DNA of 64,000 nucleotides from Podospora anserina (lineage: Eukaryota), in assembly GCA_017654855.1 (NCBI GenBank), contig CM030335.1, positions 3,844,001-3,908,000 on the forward strand, in the 5' to 3' direction. Below, piece after piece: positions 61,293 through 64,000 of this stretch; within the stretch, counting starts at the first letter, position 1; each line of letters begins with the position of its first letter. The notes beneath the pieces were generated by a model, which saw only the letters and a list, made by a program, of their open reading frames with translations, was not told the DNA's origin and ran no database searches. The translations under genes and the position numbers were made by a program.

Positions 61293-62498
61293 GTTGACTC
61301 GTGGCGTGGGTGATTGGTGCTGTGTTTGGCACTGCATTTGCTCTTTAAAAGAGGAAAAGATATCATCTTGCCCATCGAGATTGAAATTTCTCGACAGGAT
61401 TCAACCAGCAAGCGTAGATAGAATGTTGCCATGCGGCGTTGCCGTTATTCTTTTGGTGATCCTTTCACATGTGTGGCACGTGTGCTTTGGTTGACGCTTG
61501 ACCGAAGACAAAGACTTGGTTGGCCGTGCGTCACGAACTCGAGTGCACTCTTTGACCGAAGCAGGTACTACAAGATAACAAACCTTAGATTCATTGTTCG
61601 AAATGCTTGGCCTCGGGTTGAATCGCCTTCAACGAGATCCGGGGTGGCCGAGTAGCCGATAGCACGTTGGTTCTGAGATTCAACTTCTACTACCTTGGGT
61701 TCGGTCATTTTTGTTGGGCATTTTCCTCATTTGATAGTACGCTCGCGATTCAAGTTCAACCAGATGAGTGGTCAAACTAGACGAGATTTGCTTGGTTTAG
61801 ATCTACAGGAGAGGTGGTGTGGGGATTCCTGACTGCTAGCCCTGTCGGATGAAGATGGCTGGTGTCTACCGACGGGATTGGAGCGGCTCGACAAGTGTCA
61901 AACACCATTCATCATTGGACCGGTTAAAGGTGGTGACATCGTCTAAAAGAGATGCTCTGGAGCCAGAAACATGGTTTTCAGACCTAGGAGAACGTGAAAT
62001 GGTCATAATGGGAGTCAACGAAACCCCTCTGGTTATGCACGACGCGCGGCGTCTATGCAATTTTCAATGGTTCCGTACCCAACAGATTGGGTAATGACGG
62101 ACCGACGGTGATCTCATGGCACTTGATATACGACTCTTCAAACGCTTGATTGTCCGTCTAGCCATAACTGTGGATACCTATATTGCTGCAAGGGGTTGCA
62201 ATTATCCCCGACCCGCGTTTGCGAGACAGGCTAGAAAGCAGCCGGCTATTACCACCAGTCTCAACGATCACGAGTCTGTATGTTTTCTGGGGTAAAGGCA
62301 ATTACCAGGATCCACCGAGAATCTGGGGAACTCCGCACATTTGGCATTGATGGTATTCCGGCTAAAAGGGGAGAGCTTACAATCCAGCCGCCACCACCTA
62401 GACGATCGCATCATGGTTGTTTGGGCATCTTTAAAAAGGGACTCTTGTTCTCGTTGTGTGAGCCAAGTTCTTGGTCATACCGCAACCTCATTCTTACC

Positions 62499-63717
62499 AT
62501 GCTTCGCCTCGCATTGTTGGCCGGTATTGGCCTAGCCAAAGGGGCATTGGGTGTCAATCTCATTGCCTCTCACTTCAGCGGCGGCATCTATACCCTTTCT
62601 CTGACCACCACAGGTACCAGCGGTACCATCTCGGTGACATCTCAAACCAACGGATGCGGGACTACTCCCGGATGGATTGAGTTGTACTCCGACACTCGAA
62701 AACTTTATTGCTTTGACGAATCGTGGACGGGTCGCGGCCAACATGCCGAGTTCAACGTTCAGAACGATGGACGGCTTTCCCTAGCCTCGTCTTTGCAGGT
62801 TTCAGGCAATTCTGTGCATGGGATTCTTTACGGCGGTCCCGATGGCAGGAGTTACATTGCCACGGCCGAATAGTACGTTTCCCGCTCAACTCCTCAAAAC
62901 CACAATGACCTTTCCTTGACACACCCGCAGTTCTCCCTCAACCATTACCACCTACAAGCTTCCCCTCCAGGGCAGTCGGGTACAACAGACGGAAAAATTC
63001 ACCCTTGCTCGTCGTGGGCCCCATCAAAGACAGGATGTCCCTCATCCCCACGAGGTGCATCTTGATCCTACCGGAAAGTTCATCCTTGTTCCTGACCTGG
63101 GTGCCGATTTGATCCGCGTGTTCCGCATTGACACCAACTCTGGCCGTCTCACTTCATGTGCTTCCCACGCAACCGGTGCCGGTGACGGACCTCGTCACGT
63201 AAAGTTCTGGAAGTCGGAGAGCGGCAAGGAAAAGGTTTTCTCCCTCAACGAGCTTGGCAATTCCGTTTCTGCCTGGGATGTCAACTACACCAACGACTGC
63301 ATCTCGCTCACCAGGACTCACAGCATCTCCACCTACGCCCCCGGCAAGAAAGGTGGCGCCAACACCAAAGCGGCCGAGATTCGTACTTTTGGAAACTTTT
63401 TGTACGCTTCCAACAGAGCTGATCAGACGTTTGGCAACTCTCAGGATTCCATCGCCATTTACACCATCGACCCCACCACTGGTGCCATTGCCTGGCTTGA
63501 GGCGGCCAACAGTTACTCGTACTATCCCCGTACATTTGCCTTCAACAAGAACGGCACCCTCGTCGCCATTGGTGGTCAAACCTCGAGCAACGTGGCTATT
63601 GTGGCAAGAGACACTGCAACTGGTAAGCTTGGAAACTTGGTGGCCAACGTCCAAGTAGGCCAAAAAGGCCGGGCTGGTGAAGAAGATGGTTTGAGTGCTG
63701 TTGTCTGGGCCGAGTAA
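62499..63717 (+). CDS. Secreted lactonase, seven-bladed propeller (6-phosphogluconolactonase/muconate cycloisomerase family)
   Basis: Signal peptide, intron 62873-62930, RQDVPHPHEVHLDPTGKF, DLGAD, GPRH, YASNR and PRTF. Confidence 0.92.
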
Positions 63718-64000
63718 TATTGAAAAGGGCTATAAAAATAAGCAGAGGCTAAGAAAATAAGCATTCCGGTATTCCCTCTCTGTCGCTCCGCTTCACATTT
63801 AAGATTGAGCATGCAGATCCTCGTAATGAAACGCCAGCTGCAATGAGCATAACCAGGTCGTGTCCTCTTATTTCGCAAAAGCTGGGCTTGCAGAATCCGT
63901 GACCAGATGCAGGATCAAGAGCTTCGTTTTCTTTTCTCTCAAATTACCAACCTGTTCCTTGAGACGAGCTGCCAGAAGCAAAACCGAAGCATTTGCATTG

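Noticed and set aside
62499-63717. Lactonase as a member of the citrate synthase cluster
   Set aside because: It is separated by two unrelated membrane-protein genes and belongs to a common secreted family; no link can be supported without synteny data.

Overview
Gene-dense genomic DNA from a filamentous ascomycete, with short GT-AG introns and CTAAC/CTGAC branch sites. The repeat architecture and RIP signature suggest Sordariales, probably the Podospora anserina complex (inference). The left arm (1-28.3 kb) carries an Emp65/TAPT1 gene, an HpcH aldolase, three tandem divergent LITAF zinc-ribbon genes, an ASCH gene, an F-box-like gene, a GMC oxidoreductase, an SGNH-like secreted protein, a GT34-like glycosyltransferase, an ACS-type MFS transporter, a polyQ Zn2Cys6 factor and a truncated Nudix/eIF2B pseudogene. 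The centre (about 28.35-40.44 kb) is an AT-rich, RIP-mutated island of nested chromodomain Ty3/Gypsy elements. Its LTRs share one half and differ in the other, and it includes a roughly 7 kb inversion that can be reconstructed from a split target-site duplication. The right arm carries a frameshifted Cys-rich/PGGQ-repeat pseudogene, a sugar porter, a metallo-beta-lactamase pseudogene, tRNA-Arg(ACG) and a seven-bladed PLL-type lectin. It continues with a compact citrate synthase-like + AsaB-type oxygenase + DHA1 exporter trio (candidate small organic-acid cluster), two membrane proteins and a secreted lactonase. All family calls come from motif recognition by eye; no database search was run.
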